Source: Enoplolaimus lenunculus (Eukaryota). Taken from it: a stretch of DNA of 64,000 nt. Shown one piece after another: positions 1-29,723 of this stretch. Made by a program: the position numbers and the translations under genes. Position 1 is the first letter of the stretch. The number at the start of each line of letters is the position of its first letter. The notes beneath the pieces are model-generated. The model saw only the letters and a list, made by a program, of their open reading frames with translations. It ran no database searches and had not been told where the DNA came from. The stretch spans positions 496,001 through 560,000 of the forward strand of contig JASANG010003984.1 in the NCBI GenBank assembly GCA_030248215.1, written 5' to 3'.

Positions 1-364
1 TTTTATAGTGGGGGCACATTTCTTTTAAGTAGTTGATCCCCACCCACCTCTGGCTACGGGCCCAGGTATGCGTACGTAAGCTTAACTATTTCACCATAAT
101 AGGGAGGGGCTAAACATTTTCAAACAAAACCATACAAGGGTTTTCGATGACTTAGCAAATTTACAAATTTTATGACGGGGACACGTTTCTTTCAACTGAT
201 TGAGCCCCCGGCAACGGGTCCGACTGCGCCTACGGAAGGCTAATTATTCAGCAGCTACATATCGATCAGGGTTAATTAATGCTAATTTTTAAATGCTGGG
301 AAGTATATACAAAAGCTCAAATAAGGTACAATTTAACAACTTGCCTACGATATTTAATACTTAC

Positions 365-17132
<16,768 letters not shown>

Positions 17133-17274
17133 ATTTGCATGCATCCGTACACATGTGACATATCCTGCTAAACATAAATAAATCACACAAAACGAATGAA
17201 AGAATATTACACCCTGAATTGATAAATTGGCGCTAATGGACTGGCTACCAGCGGAAGCCCCACCCTCTGTGATC

Positions 17275-17766
17275 AGTTGGATAGGCTAGGGTTCGACAGT
17301 TTTTAGTTCTGAGTGCTTGCAGCTGAAAATGATTGGTGTTCTTGCGAGGTTTCGATTCCATAACCTATGGACGACGGATTCTCACAATCAGCTTCTGAAC
17401 TTAAGCCTTATAAGAACCGCAATATCTCCAAACTCGATTAGCCCCCACCCGGTTATAGCCCACACTCGAGATTTTTCCTGCTGGAGCAACATGTATGTCT
17501 TAAAAACATTTTGGCATCAAAACACACCTTTATGATTAAAGTTTCAGTTAAAGTGTAATTGATGAGTCTATAGTGTGTATGTTGAGGTTCTTATAAGGCA
17601 TAAGAATAGAAAAACTCAGCAGTTAAGCGCGAGGCGGCGTGGCTCAGTGGCTAGCCCGCTGGTCTGATAACTTGTCAGCCGAGTTTGAAACCCCCTGGGA
17701 ACGTCCCTCATTTTCAGCTGCTGAGAACTCAGAACTAAGAACCGTCGTACTTTAGCCTACCCAACT
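17275..17766. mobile_element. TIR element (~55-bp imperfect arms) containing a tRNA-like cassette, upstream of P5CS
   Basis: AGTTGGATAGGCTAGGGTTCGACAG...CAGCTGAAAATGA mirrored by TCATTTTCAGCTG...CTTTAGCCTACCCAACT. Confidence 0.7.
17633..17706 (+). other. tRNA-derived pseudogene or SINE head
   Basis: GGCGGCGTGGCTCAGTGG (A box), CTGATAA loop, GAGTTTGAAACC (degenerate B box); anticodon and T stems pair poorly. Confidence 0.55.
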
Positions 17767-18553
17767 TTTCACCGTCAGTTATAATTTACAAAAAGCATCT
17801 CATCAGTTATTTTATATTTAACAGACATTGTCAGAAATTCAATGAATAGTTTCCCAATGATTGCCAAAACATACAGCGTAGATGAAAACCAGATAAATGT
17901 GTATGAACGACAATCCTTTCTTGTGTACTTACTTACACCATAAACTAGCTAAGATATTTCACATGTATTAAAAAACTTCTGACATGAATAACAATCAATA
18001 AAACCTACAAATGACAACGCTAAATGATACTAAACTCCCCAGAATACATTAAACGTTAATGCAGTCCGTGTAAAAAGTAGTTACTAAAAACGTATGCTTT
18101 AAAATTGTTTAAAATTGACACTTTTCATACCATTTAAAAGCGATGCAACGTTGCTTTCGGGGCCTACATACTACATATCCTATCTTTGCAGCTGCTTTCA
18201 TCGCCGACTATGTGCTGTTGACCCGTGCTTTCGAGGCAAAGTTACAACATAAAATAAATTACACATTACATTTCAGTGCTTTACGCACTTGAACATGTAC
18301 GCTTAATTACTTTACAACATATGTAAACTCATAGCTAGGATGAGCCCGTTTGAGGCTGTGAACGCGAATGGGTTGGAGGATAGGAAGTTTGAATATTGGT
18401 TTTAATGCCTTAAGTGTTATTTCTAACTAACTTTCCGAAATTGTATATCGATTGCATATTTCATATTAATTAATTGCGTTTTAACTACGGCTCAGATTTT
18501 AACCCGTTACCATCTCAGAAAAACCGTTTTTACCTCGTTGATTTTACGCAGTA

Positions 18554-21500
18554 ATGTCTGATAGTGACAGTGGTCCTGAAGATGTAAGTAAATCAGTCTT
18601 TGTTGAAGAAATTTTATTGCTTGCAAAAATTTCAAGATGAACCTGATGAGTAGCGGCGATGCCAGGTATGGTGTGACCAGGGTGCAACCGGATATCCGGT
18701 TCCGTTTTAATATCCGGTAAAAATGATATCCGTATCAGGTTTCTATATCCGGTATAAACCTACCGGATATTTGAGGTTGTGGTGCCGAATATCATGAAAT
18801 TGCTTGTGGTTACATTTCTCGACAAGTCAAGAAGTTCAAGTTTTTAAACATTTTCAGCTACCTTTAAGTTATGCTAGTATACGTGGTTGCAAAATTAGCA
18901 GCCCTAATACATTCCTCCCAAACCTTTTTTACCTGAAAACTGCGCAATACATTTTGGTTCACTTTTAATTTCGTACAGTGTGTGCGTTGACATTCAGACT
19001 AATATAGATAAGCGAGCGAAAGTTAAACTCAGTTTTGCATTAAATAATTTCAGTGTATCAGAAGCAGTTATGAATTTTACAACAGACCAAAACCTTGAAC
19101 GCCCTAAAACACAGCGAAAAACATTATTTTTATATATAATCTTCGGTTCGTGTTCCGGTAAAAAGTTCAATATCCGTATCCGGTTTCGGTATCCGGTAAA
19201 TTAATATCCGGTCGCACCCTGGGTGGGACCGAACCTCTGACTCTTAACCAGGGCGGCAACAAAGGTTCGGATTCGGATTCGGCAAACATTTGAGGTTCGG
19301 ATTCGGATTCAGTTGTTGAAAAGCCGAATCCAAAAGCTGAATCCAACAAAGTTCGGCAATATGTTTTTTCATTTTTAAGCAATAAAATTTTTAAATACCT
19401 TGCTTCAGGTAAATACCTTGCTTCAGGTGAGAAATCTCAAAACTGACGTTGGGACGAAATATATTAACGTGTTAAAAGTTATACGGCTGGCATTGCGCTG
19501 ATATTCTGAAACAAATTATAGATATATCTGAAATTTGTAACATGCAGGATTCAGATTCGGTCAATTAGCACTGGGCGAGGATTGGGATTCGGTCAAATCG
19601 TGGATTCGGTGCCACCTTGCTCTTAACCTCAACTTTCCAAAATATCTTTATGTAAATATAAGTACGTACTGTATAGAATTAGTAGGAATTTGACACGCCA
19701 ACAAACTGAATCTTGTGCAAGCGATATAAATGGGAATTTAGAAATGAGTCACAACGGTAAGTGCTAAAACATAGAAAACCGTTCAGTCAGTTTCAACTTA
19801 ATTACAAGAAAACAAAAACAATTGTTGCCGAAACTTCGATTTCTGTTCAATCTAAAACCTGATCAGAGTATTATATAGTAATTTAATTGAAAAATCTCGC
19901 CGAAAATCTGTTATGGTTGTGTAATGTTGTTTTAGCGAAATCCGGCTAAAAAGCAGCGAACAGGGGAGCCCAAACTAAAGGACGACCGTAAACGAAAAGT
20001 AGGAGATGCAGCGTCTACTGGAGCATCGATATCAGGTGAACCGTCGTGGCCAGTAAGCAAAGTTTTTTTATTTTGTTATTTGAAACCGGCTGATGTTGAT
20101 GATTGTGGTCCTTGGTTGGACGTGTTAGCTTGTTCTTGTAGACCAAGGAAGTTGGCAGCTTTCTTTGGTGCTGTCCATAAGCAGGTGACATCCAGATCAG
20201 TTGTTTGGCTGTACCTGGAACCGGTGGTTGGTTGTGCGGCCATGCTGAGCACATTCTGGACAGATGTCTAGGACCGTCGGCTCGATCCTTGAGACGTACG
20301 AGTTGAGGGTTTTGCTATAGCCCGTTCGTAGCTGTGCTAGTGTGCTTTCTGCGGATCTCGCCTGGTCTTCTTCTTCTTTGTTGATTGGTGGCGGGTAGAT
20401 ACAAGTACGATGTTGGGCTTGAGCTGCCGTTTTGCTTCTTCCACTGCGTGTTTGTGTAGGTTGGCGATCCCCTTTTTGAAGTTGTCCATCGATAAGGGAG
20501 TATCGTGAGCAGATGGACGATGCCTGGCGCATGGGTAGGTATATATAAGCTCGGGTTCATCTTTGGCCTAGGTGCGCGTCGTCTGTTTACCAGATAGTGG
20601 CAGCGGTGCTCTTCTAGATGACATGACAGTGCAAATTGACGAGGCAGGAGTTTGACATGGGGCATAACTGGTAGTTCTAGGGCTTCACTGTGGACATCAT
20701 CCATTGATGCCATTTGGTGACAACCAATGACTATGCGCAGTGCAGCTGTCTGAGCGCGTTGGAGTCGATTCCAATGAGTTGGTTTAATGTTAGGTAACCA
20801 TACTGGACAGCAGTATGAGATGATTTAACGCCCAATGGCCTTGTACGTGGCTAGTAGGGTTTCCATGTCACACCCCCATTTAGTCCCCGCTAGTGCCTTG
20901 AGCACTTTCTTGTAAGAGGCAACACGTTGTTATTGAGTTTAACTTGAGGATGTAGCTTTGCTTGACTGGTTTGCGGCGTAAATAATGTGACACTTGATTT
21001 GCTGACAGATACCTGGATGTTACGAGAGCTGAATGGGAGGTAGACGTTTAGTGACTCCTCTAGTTGCGGGATGTGAGGGCCGCTTGTATAGATTGAGACG
21101 TCGTCCGCATAGCTGATTACGTTGATGCCAAATGGAGGCTGGGGCAGAGCGCACATGTACATGTTGAAAAGGCTCGGGAACAACACCCCACCTTGGTCCA
21201 CGCCGTAGCTGATGACCCTGGATTTCTGGCTTCTCCACAGCTTGAAAATTTCCGCCGGGGGGCGTTTCCTGGGCGCCCCCAGGAGTTTTCTGGGGGGGGC
21301 AGCTAATTTTGCTGGGGGGGGCAGTTTTCCTGGGGGCCCCCAGATGATCTGGGGGGGCAGGCTCAAAATTTTGCAAACCGACTTTTTGGACCATTTTTTA
21401 TTCTAGATCGTGTTTCCAACTCAACTGAAGATTACTCATCTCTCAACATGACAAAAATTCCCCGCAAACGCTAATAACAATAATTTTAACTAATATTACT

Positions 21501-23736
21501 GACAACTTTACCAGAAGTTGAAAGAAGCACAATTATATAAAATATAGATAATCTATAATTGAAACTGTGATTAACATATATTTTATATATTAGTCACAAC
21601 TTCAATTAATCATAAGGCTCAGACGGGTTGAACTTGCTGCTGCAAGGTACTTTCGAATGCTGTATGCCCTGAAACGGTCTTTATATAATTGTGCTTTTTT
21701 CAGTTCATTATTGAATTGTACTAGTTACTACCGGTATTTGTAACGCTATTAAAAAATTATGAGTACTCAGCGTAATATAAAATCACATTTTGCCGAATAT
21801 CCGCCTCAAAAAAGTCCAGGTCTTTATGTTTTGACATTCAAAATTTTTGGCTTAGAAAAGTCCTGGGGCCCCCCAACAAAAAAATTTGCTGGGGGGCGGC
21901 CGAAAATTCGCCGGGGGGCCCTTCCTGGGGGCGGCAAAATTTTCGCCAGGGGGGAAATGAATATTTCGAAAAGTGCTGGGGGGCCCCGCCCCCCCTTCGC
22001 TGTGGAGAAGCCAGGATTTCGAGACTTGTCCTCTGAACCGGACTGTTGCGTGTCGACCGTATAGGTAGTTGCAGGTCCATTTACGCACACTGCTGGGGGC
22101 ATTGAGGCGTAGTATGCAGTCTGATAGAGTCGTATGATCGACTGTATCAAAGGCAGCAGTTAGATTGAGGGCAACCAGAACAGTTCGGTGAGCTGGAGGT
22201 TTAATCAGCATGGTCAAAAATTGGCACTTTTCGTGAGTATCGGCACCGGCACAGCAGAAATTGACGATTTTGTGCCGATACTTTTGCAGATAACAGCGAT
22301 TTGGGATACTATCGATTTCATTTGTTGGCGTATATCGGTGCGTCATATCAAGAAAATTGATATATCTCCTGCGTTTGTCTTCGTAAAAATTAACTGAAAC
22401 GAACCGTTCTCATAAAATTATAACGTTTTATAGTTGATAGAGTTTATGTCTGCATTTATAATGATGTAATATTGTATCCTATCTGTTCTTTAAGCATCTT
22501 GTATTTAAATTGGAATCGGCATCGATATCGGTATATTTTCGAAATAATAATCGGCATCGGGAAAGTATTGGCATCCGGCACATCCCTAAAATTTAATCTA
22601 AATCCTCGACGCACTCAGTTGAAAGCAACAGCTTTAGGGAAACCAGAATCTAAGTACAAACAACCTTACTGAATATATTTCACTTTTTGAAGATCTGGTT
22701 TTTCTCTGACCGTGTTCAGTGTCCGGAACATCGTATTGCCCAGGGACACCTAATTGGTACTTATATTAGTTAGCGTGTATTTCGTAGAAATTATCATAAC
22801 AACGCGAACAATATGAGTGTGCGAATTCAGAGAACACTTTGAAACCGATATATGGATCTGGTGCATGCATACTGAATACTGACTAATAAAATAAGACTCG
22901 GTATGTAATGTGCTCTAAAAATTTCCCAGTTTTGATTCCGGTATAAATTTGCTGTTCAACTTCATTATAAATCGACAATAATCAACAAGAATCCTCTTAT
23001 CAACTTACACACGTGTAAATAGATGTATGTATAACACATTTGCTCGTAAATGTATGTTAACTTCTTACCAAACTGACATAAGATGTAATCGGCATAATGT
23101 GCTTTTTGTTTGTATTGTTAATAATTTTGTTACGCTGTATTTGTTGTTTCAGCTTGGTAGCAATCGATACGTTACTGTTTCTGATTTCCGTGGGAAAAAG
23201 TTAATAGGAATTCGTGAGTATTATACCGATGACGCTGGTGAACTTAAGCCTGGAAAGAAAGGTGAATAGTGTTAGGTTAATGTTGCCATTGGTGGACGGT
23301 TTTGGTGTTGGTCTCAGTGAGTCTAGTCTAGGAGCGTAGTTTCATTCGACCAATAGAAATGTTAAAAAGCTCGCTAACTATAAATAAGTTTTATATTTTG
23401 CAAAGTCGTGCTCGGTTATTGGTTCGCAATAACCTCGGTCCAGAGTTTCTCCGCCAATTCTTGCTCCGAATGTGATCCGAATCGGATATTACGTTTTTAG
23501 AACCAAAACTGTGTGTATATTATAACATTGCATATATCGGGGAACAATAATTTTTGTTAATTTTGTGGTTTTAAAAATGTAGCTTTGGTGATGTATAATT
23601 TGTAAGGTTATTTTTGGAAAAATGAATTTGGCAATACCACAACCTCCATTATTTCTATTCAGGTATCTCGTTAACAATTGCTCAGTGGGAGAAGTTGAAA
23701 GACGCAATTGATCAAGTGGATGAAAATATCAAATAG
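18554..23736 (+). CDS. SUB1: Transcriptional coactivator PC4/SUB1 (ssDNA-binding), 109 aa, 4 exons
   Basis: Exons 18554-18583, 19936-20052, 23153-23261, 23663-23736 join in frame with GT-AG introns: [18 protein letters not shown]...[49 protein letters not shown], the PC4 domain signature. Confidence 0.93.
18678..19221. mobile_element. hAT-like MITE (CAGGG family) in SUB1 intron 1
   Basis: CAGGGTGCAACCGGATAT ... ATATCCGGTCGCACCCTG; flanks GGTGTGAC / GGTGGGAC. Confidence 0.85.
19249..19619. mobile_element. hAT-like MITE (CAGGGCGGCA family) with GGATTC repeats
   Basis: CAGGGCGGCA ... TGCCACCTTG; perfect 8-bp TSD CTCTTAAC. Confidence 0.85.
20090..22210 (-). mobile_element. 5'-truncated, decayed non-LTR retrotransposon (I-group-like LINE; RT domain plus C-terminal region) in SUB1 intron 2, interrupted by a MITE
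   Basis: RT motifs [36 protein letters not shown]; downstream [17 protein letters not shown] and CPEC; frameshifts and stops; CAA/CAT-rich 3' tail near 20090-20110. Clade assignment is tentative. Confidence 0.88.
21227..22013. mobile_element. Non-autonomous TIR element (787 bp) inserted in the LINE RT
   Basis: Perfect 15-bp TIR TGGCTTCTCCACAGC / GCTGTGGAGAAGCCA; GGATTTC duplicated on both sides (21220-21226, 22014-22020); G/C-run-rich subterminal arms and an AT-rich core. Confidence 0.9.
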
Positions 23737-25087
23737 AAATGTATCACGATTAGTTTGTATTCTTCAGTATCTTAATTGATTAATTGAATGAATGCGCCGA
23801 GTTTATTAAGTTTGAAAGCGAGTTCTGTTAATGCTGATTATTGACAATTACAGTTGTGTGTCCCTTGTTTTCGACAGCATCAGGGTTTACATTACACTGT
23901 AGACAAATAATAAATCCAATACTTAAAAATGTTGTATGGCTGCTTTTATTCATTCCTTGTTAGACAGCTGTTGGTTCCAGCGCTGAAAACTGTAAGTATT
24001 GCTCAATGATAAAAGGAAATAACCAAGTATGTATTTCAATTTAAGCGAACGTTCCTGTTGAATTTCTGAACGCTTATTTTTCTATGTATGTAACGTCCTC
24101 TTTGAATTGCGCATGCAGGAGCTCGGTGTCAAATGTGCGATTACGGATGGGAGTCTCAATGAAGAAGTGGAAACTGAGACAGTCTCAAATTCCTGTTGAA
24201 GATTTTATTCCGCTCAGAAAACATTAATAATATAAGATTAAAAGAAACAACGAAAATATGGTAAACGTATTCATTTATTTGGCACAAAATATACATATGA
24301 CAACAGTCACATATCAGTAAAACAGACTGATTTTATATCACACGAAAAAATTGCGCTGTTGCCGAATCATATTAGTGATACTGGCTGGCTTAATATCCCA
24401 GAATTTACCTACGAGCCGAACTTGCGTGCGATCAATATAAAACGGTGTGTGGATTGTAGAAATGACGATGTTTGCACATTCACCAGCCAGTGTACTATAT
24501 GGATTTACTACAGTACCCATCTGTTGTATTTTGCATACTCAAAATTTCCCTACTTACGTACACGGACTTAGGTTTTGCGCGATATCGCGTTACTAGTACT
24601 CAACCATTTATTGATAAATTATGATCTAGCATGCTCTAAAAATCAGTAACTATTAAATTTGCTTCGGCTAAACACATGTAACAATGTTATAAAATAGCAT
24701 AAAATTTCTTATAACAATAATCAATATTTAAATAATTTGCCACAACTGGAACTCCTGGTTGACATTAATACCGGAGTCTCAGTTTCTAAACCTGAGACTT
24801 TTCAGAAGCTGAGACTGAGACTACCATCCCTGCGCATAAGAAGGAATATGTTTGACATACATATGCATTTGAACTTCAACTTAGTAAAAATATATTATAA
24901 ATTGCCGTTGATATGTGAATTTTGTTTTATGGCCGTATTTACAGCATACTATTTTACCCTAGTTATTGAGCTACTTTGTCGTACTGGAATGTAAATTATT
25001 GTGTGGAACCATTTCTCGTAGTAAAAGTGGGTTCCAGTATTCCAAATTGCACGTTGCGCAATTGCTGGGATAACTCATGCATACTGT

Positions 25088-25505
25088 AGTGACCCGAATA
25101 AGAGGGGAGTCCCCGTTTTGAGTCCCAATCAATAGCAGTCCGTATCCCTAATAAGAGACCGTAAGCGCATAGAGTCCCTAAACCCTAATTAGAGTCTATA
25201 AATGTCAATTATTCCTAATTGTATGTGTAGCGCGTAAATGACTCCAGAACCAAAGTTGAGTTCGAAACTTTAAAGCATACTTAAGTTTTGAATGCAACAT
25301 TCCGAAGTAACCTTGCATTATAGCTCAAGCTTTTGATGCAAGGCAAAAGACGTTTGATTCAACGGATAATTGCAATACCAAATATATGTGTAACGAAGTG
25401 TGGCGGAGGACGGGATAAAATAAATAACAGTCCGTAACCGAATAACTGGGGGTACCCTCTGGAGAGGTCAAATAAATATCAGTCCCATGTCTTATTCGGG
25501 TCACT
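25088..25505. mobile_element. MITE with 16-bp TIR
   Basis: AGTGACCCGAATAAGA ... TCTTATTCGGGTCACT; internal AGTCCC/AGTCCG repeats; TSD unclear. Confidence 0.7.
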
Positions 25506-26092
25506 CACTAAAGTACCTCAGTAGTTCTGGGTATTCAGTTTAGAAGATTGCCACAGACTACTAAATAAACGCGTTGACAACTTAAATTTTAGTTGATTTG
25601 GCTTGTCCTTTGCCTTATTTAAGCCACTGCAATAGAGATTCCATCGAATATAATTCTTCCCTCGAACTATATATACTAATCGTTTCAGTTCCAAGAACAA
25701 AGAACCAGATTGAAATACACTTACACTAAGTCGTACAAACATCAGCCCATGTTACTTATACTGGTGTCTGCGCTTTCAGCAGCAGATGCAGAAATTTCTA
25801 AATGGGCGGAATGGTAAATATTTTGAAACGCAATTTTTCTCCAAAAAATTTTCTTAGCGGGAAAATTATAGGACCCCATTTTATAACGAATACATAGTTT
25901 TGCGTTTATTTTGTTGCTTGCACAGGTAATAAAATTAGTACTGTACAGTGCGTGTTCGATGCAAATGAACTAAAAATACGAAGTCATTTTTACGTATAAA
26001 TATCACGCTAATCTGAAGTTTTTTGAATATATATTGGTCTATTTTAGTTAAGAAATAAAGATTTTGAATCATATGGAACAATTATGCAAGCA

Positions 26093-26344
26093 CACTGTAA
26101 ATTCCAATGAGTTGATGAATCAATTCAGCTAGCGAGTTGGTTATTTCTGAATTAATATCAGTAAACATTAACTCATTCTCAGTTAATTTAATTCTCATTC
26201 TGAGTTGAGTTGACTCTGGGTGAGTTGATTAATTAACTCAGAATAAATTGAATCAACTCAAACTTCTGAGTTCTGATAGTCCTAACTCAGACTGAGTGAT
26301 TCAACTCATTCTGAGTTAAAATCAACTCACTGAAATTTACAGTG
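26093..26344. mobile_element. CACTA/EnSpm-like MITE with internal TGAGTT/AACTCA array
   Basis: CACTGTAAATTCCAATGAGTTGA ... TCAACTCACTGAAATTTACAGTG; CA on both flanks (possible 2-bp TSD). Confidence 0.7.
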
Positions 26345-29189
26345 CATGTGGTTTAATATTGCGACTGAGGTTTGGATACAGAATTTGGTTCGTTCGCTCC
26401 AGCTACTGTGGTGAAACCATACAAATTATTCCAAAAAAATTTAGACAATAACATTTCGGATATTTGGATGCACGTTTCATTATAGATACCTATTCGGGTA
26501 TCCGGTGCCCATCTATAGTATCTGTGTGGATTAGGAACCTACTCAACACAGTGAATCTTATATTTCCAACGCTACAAAAATTATGCTCATGATTTCAATG
26601 CTACTATACCTGCGAAATGGAGATGTTTGTGTATTGACGTACGTGACGACCCAAATTCTGCGTAAACCCCAGTTAACCGTACAAAATTTCCAAGATCCCC
26701 AGAAAATCCAGCCGAAACTAGCTCCGCTAGAATCGACAATAGCCCAGAAACTCCGAATCCAACCCCTAGAAATCCCCTTAACACATTACCCAAGTATATA
26801 CCCCGATAACCCCAGGTACCGCCCGTAGGCTCCGAGCTATGCGCTTAATTTGCTGAATCGCTAAAGCCGGTACACCGTAGCTCACATTGAGCTACCGTTA
26901 CTAATTATTCCAATTGATCCGATATGTCTAAGTCTCCCAGAGCCAACAACCAGCCAATCAATTTACTAACAACCAATAACGTTAAAGCAACCAAAATAAA
27001 ATCGCAAAACTTGAGCCGTAAAACGTAACTAATCCACGTCAAGAATGATTTGTTGACGTGGCTCCCCTATGGGTGTCTCGACCTAATTTGCATTTCATAC
27101 CGAGCATGTGCTCAGTAGACACAATACAAATTCCGGTCCAGACTCTCAACAACAAGGCGCACGTCATAATGACATAGCCCTAGCTATGTCATTGTGTGCA
27201 AAAATAGCCCATACTAATATGCAGCATTAATCAATGGCCACACAGGGCCCAGGTAAGACCAACATTGCGGCACAGCTGCCATAACATTTAATTTTATAAG
27301 TTTACGTCCTAAAGCAACGCCTAAGCCTAACTTAAGTTCTAAGAGAGACTAGGCGGAGCCGGAGTCTCCCATAATATGTGGTTTTAGATTTGGTTTTAGT
27401 ATTGTTTTAGTTTTTAGATTGAAATATAATTGGGAGTGGCACAGCCACCTACACAGTACACTAAGCTGTTCATTGTGACCTTCATAGATTGCCAGATTTG
27501 CAAGCTAACCTTTTAGATATCAGCATCACACTCAGTTACACTTGACGTCTAATTAAATCAAGAGCTATCAGAATTTAAGATGACGCCCGGTAAGTAATTT
27601 CGTGATCGACTTGGCATCTGTATATAAGTAGATTTTGCTTCTTGCAAAGGTAAAATAAATTTAGTATCTGACGGTGCGTAAACGATGCAAATTTTTCACT
27701 GGGCTAATTATGATAATTTAAAAATATATACGAAGTAATTATTCCGATAAATAATAAGCTAAACTGATTTTTTTTTAATTTTGGCATGTTTTTAGAAATC
27801 AAAATTTTAAATCATCACGGAATTATGTAGTAATATGGTTCAATACTTTAACTCAGGTTTGAATACCTCTTCGTCTGCTCCAGCTACTTTAATGGTGAAA
27901 CAATGCAAAATATTTCAGAAAGTTATTTACACAACAGCATTTCGTATATCCCGATCTCCGGGTACACGTTTCTTTTCAGAGCCATATCCGGATATCCGGT
28001 GCCAATCAATAATCAAAGTTAAAACAAAACGCACCAAACATATATTTTGCAACTTATGCAAAATTTCAACACACAATTTACTGGAACCTTCAACAAAAAT
28101 TATATATACTCATGCTGAAGGTCGATTTGCTACCATAGCTGGAAATAGAATCCTGCTTGTACCCTGACAAAAATGTTTCAGCAACGCTCTGACAAATGTT
28201 GTTGAATTGCTGTTCCAATGACGTTGTGATGTGTTCTAGCCCTTTTTAAAGCGATACTGACATATAAACTACAATTCATGAATGTATTTTAAATTCATCA
28301 CGCGCGTATATAAAGAACAGGTTCTGTACAATTGTTGTCATTATTAAGGTGTTAAGTACACCTAGCTTAGTTTTTCAGTCACACATTGAATTTAGATCAT
28401 ATTCTATTCGGGACCTGTTCTAAACATGAGCCGGCAAATCAGTGCCTGACATAAATAAACAGTGTGTGATGCGCAAGGGATTGCTATTTTACCGTCACGT
28501 TCACAAAACACTGCGCTATACAGATAACATACAATCGGAAGTCGACAAAATTCGCTGGAACTGGATGTATATAAGCAAAGTTAATGAAGATGAGATTGGA
28601 TTCGATGTTTTAACATAGAAATGTCGGCACTTTGAAAATGGCTTCAGTTACGAAAAACTCAACAAAACACACACGGAACCAGAACACGGTTTTCTGCCGC
28701 AGTCGGACGACACACGCAGACCTTCGATTGCACTGTGACAGGTGCAGTTGAAGTTTCAATTAAAACCATCAGAAAAGTAGGAAACACTAGTAAACATCAG
28801 GGTAACCGGATATACGATTTCGGTAAAATATCTGTCTCCGTTTCCATTATAGAAACAACGGAAATTCTGTTATTTTTATGCTCAAAATTAGTTTTCGCAA
28901 TTTTTCATTACAAGTATGTTGCAATTGTTCAATATAAAGTAAAAAATAAAAAACTCATCCAAAATCTTAAAAATTTCGGTGCATTCGCTTATTTAAAATT
29001 TTAGCAGAAAAAGAAAACCTTTTATATCCCAATTTCCGTTCCGTTATTTTGATCAACTATCCGTTTCCGTTTTATTTTGCTATCCTTTTACTACACCGTA
29101 GCGACCACATAAACATAAACGTCAGTCACTGAAGAAATTTGGTACATCAAGAAATGACAGTGTTTGCGCATGTGAAAACCATATCGACA

Positions 29190-29714
29190 TTATCTTTGTT
29201 CCGATTCACTAGTTTTAGATACTACAGCACCTGTCGAAGCAGTGCCACCAGCATCAATCACTGAAGGCCCATCTGGCTCTGCGGAAGGTCCATTGCCATT
29301 CATCAAGGTCACCACTTTTACATCGCTTGCTGATGTCCACTTTCCCTCAGTCAGATAATGAACTCTCTCAACACACGCTGCTTGTTCCCTAAGCAGTCGA
29401 TATGACGAACCCTCGTGCACAGTTGAAAAATCAGCCTGCGACAAATACAACAAATGTGCTTTCAATGCTCGTTCGGCTTCTTTTAAATTTGTGTAAAATT
29501 CCGTTGCGCCTTCATTTGCTGTTTTCCCAGCAGTTTTTTGTTTTCCAAGTTCATTGAGACACTTTTGTGCACCTTCGAGGGATTTCATAATGTAATTCTC
29601 GACTTCTGATAATTCTTCAAGCTTCGATCCAAGATCTGTTGCAGTTCCTGTAACAGCGACTCCGGCTCCTGATGAAGATGCTTGTTGAGACGTTGCATTT
29701 ACAGTGCCAGACAT
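29190..29714 (-). CDS. MED11: Mediator complex subunit 11, single coding exon, 174 aa
   Basis: ATG at 29714; KLEELSEVENYI...CLNELGK...FYTNLKEAERALKAHLLYLSQ...HEGSSY matches the Med11 helical pattern including the HEGSSY motif; low-complexity N- and C-terminal extensions. Confidence 0.85.
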   Translation of the reverse strand: MSGTVNATSQQASSSGAGVAVTGTATDLGSKLEELSEVENYIMKSLEGAQKCLNELGKQKTAGKTANEGATEFYTNLKEAERALKAHLLYLSQADFSTVHEGSSYRLLREQAACVERVHYLTEGKWTSASDVKVVTLMNGNGPSAEPDGPSVIDAGGTASTGAVVSKTSESEQR

Positions 29715-29723
29715 TACAGATAA

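Noticed and set aside
17633..17706. Functional tRNA-Ile(GAT) or amber suppressor tRNA
   Set aside because: Stems do not pair, the B box is degenerate and there is no CTA anticodon, so no link to the UAG at 50544 can be claimed.
21020..22150. Pro/Gly-rich ORFs as novel proteins
   Set aside because: They arise from stop-poor G/C runs in the inserted MITE arms.
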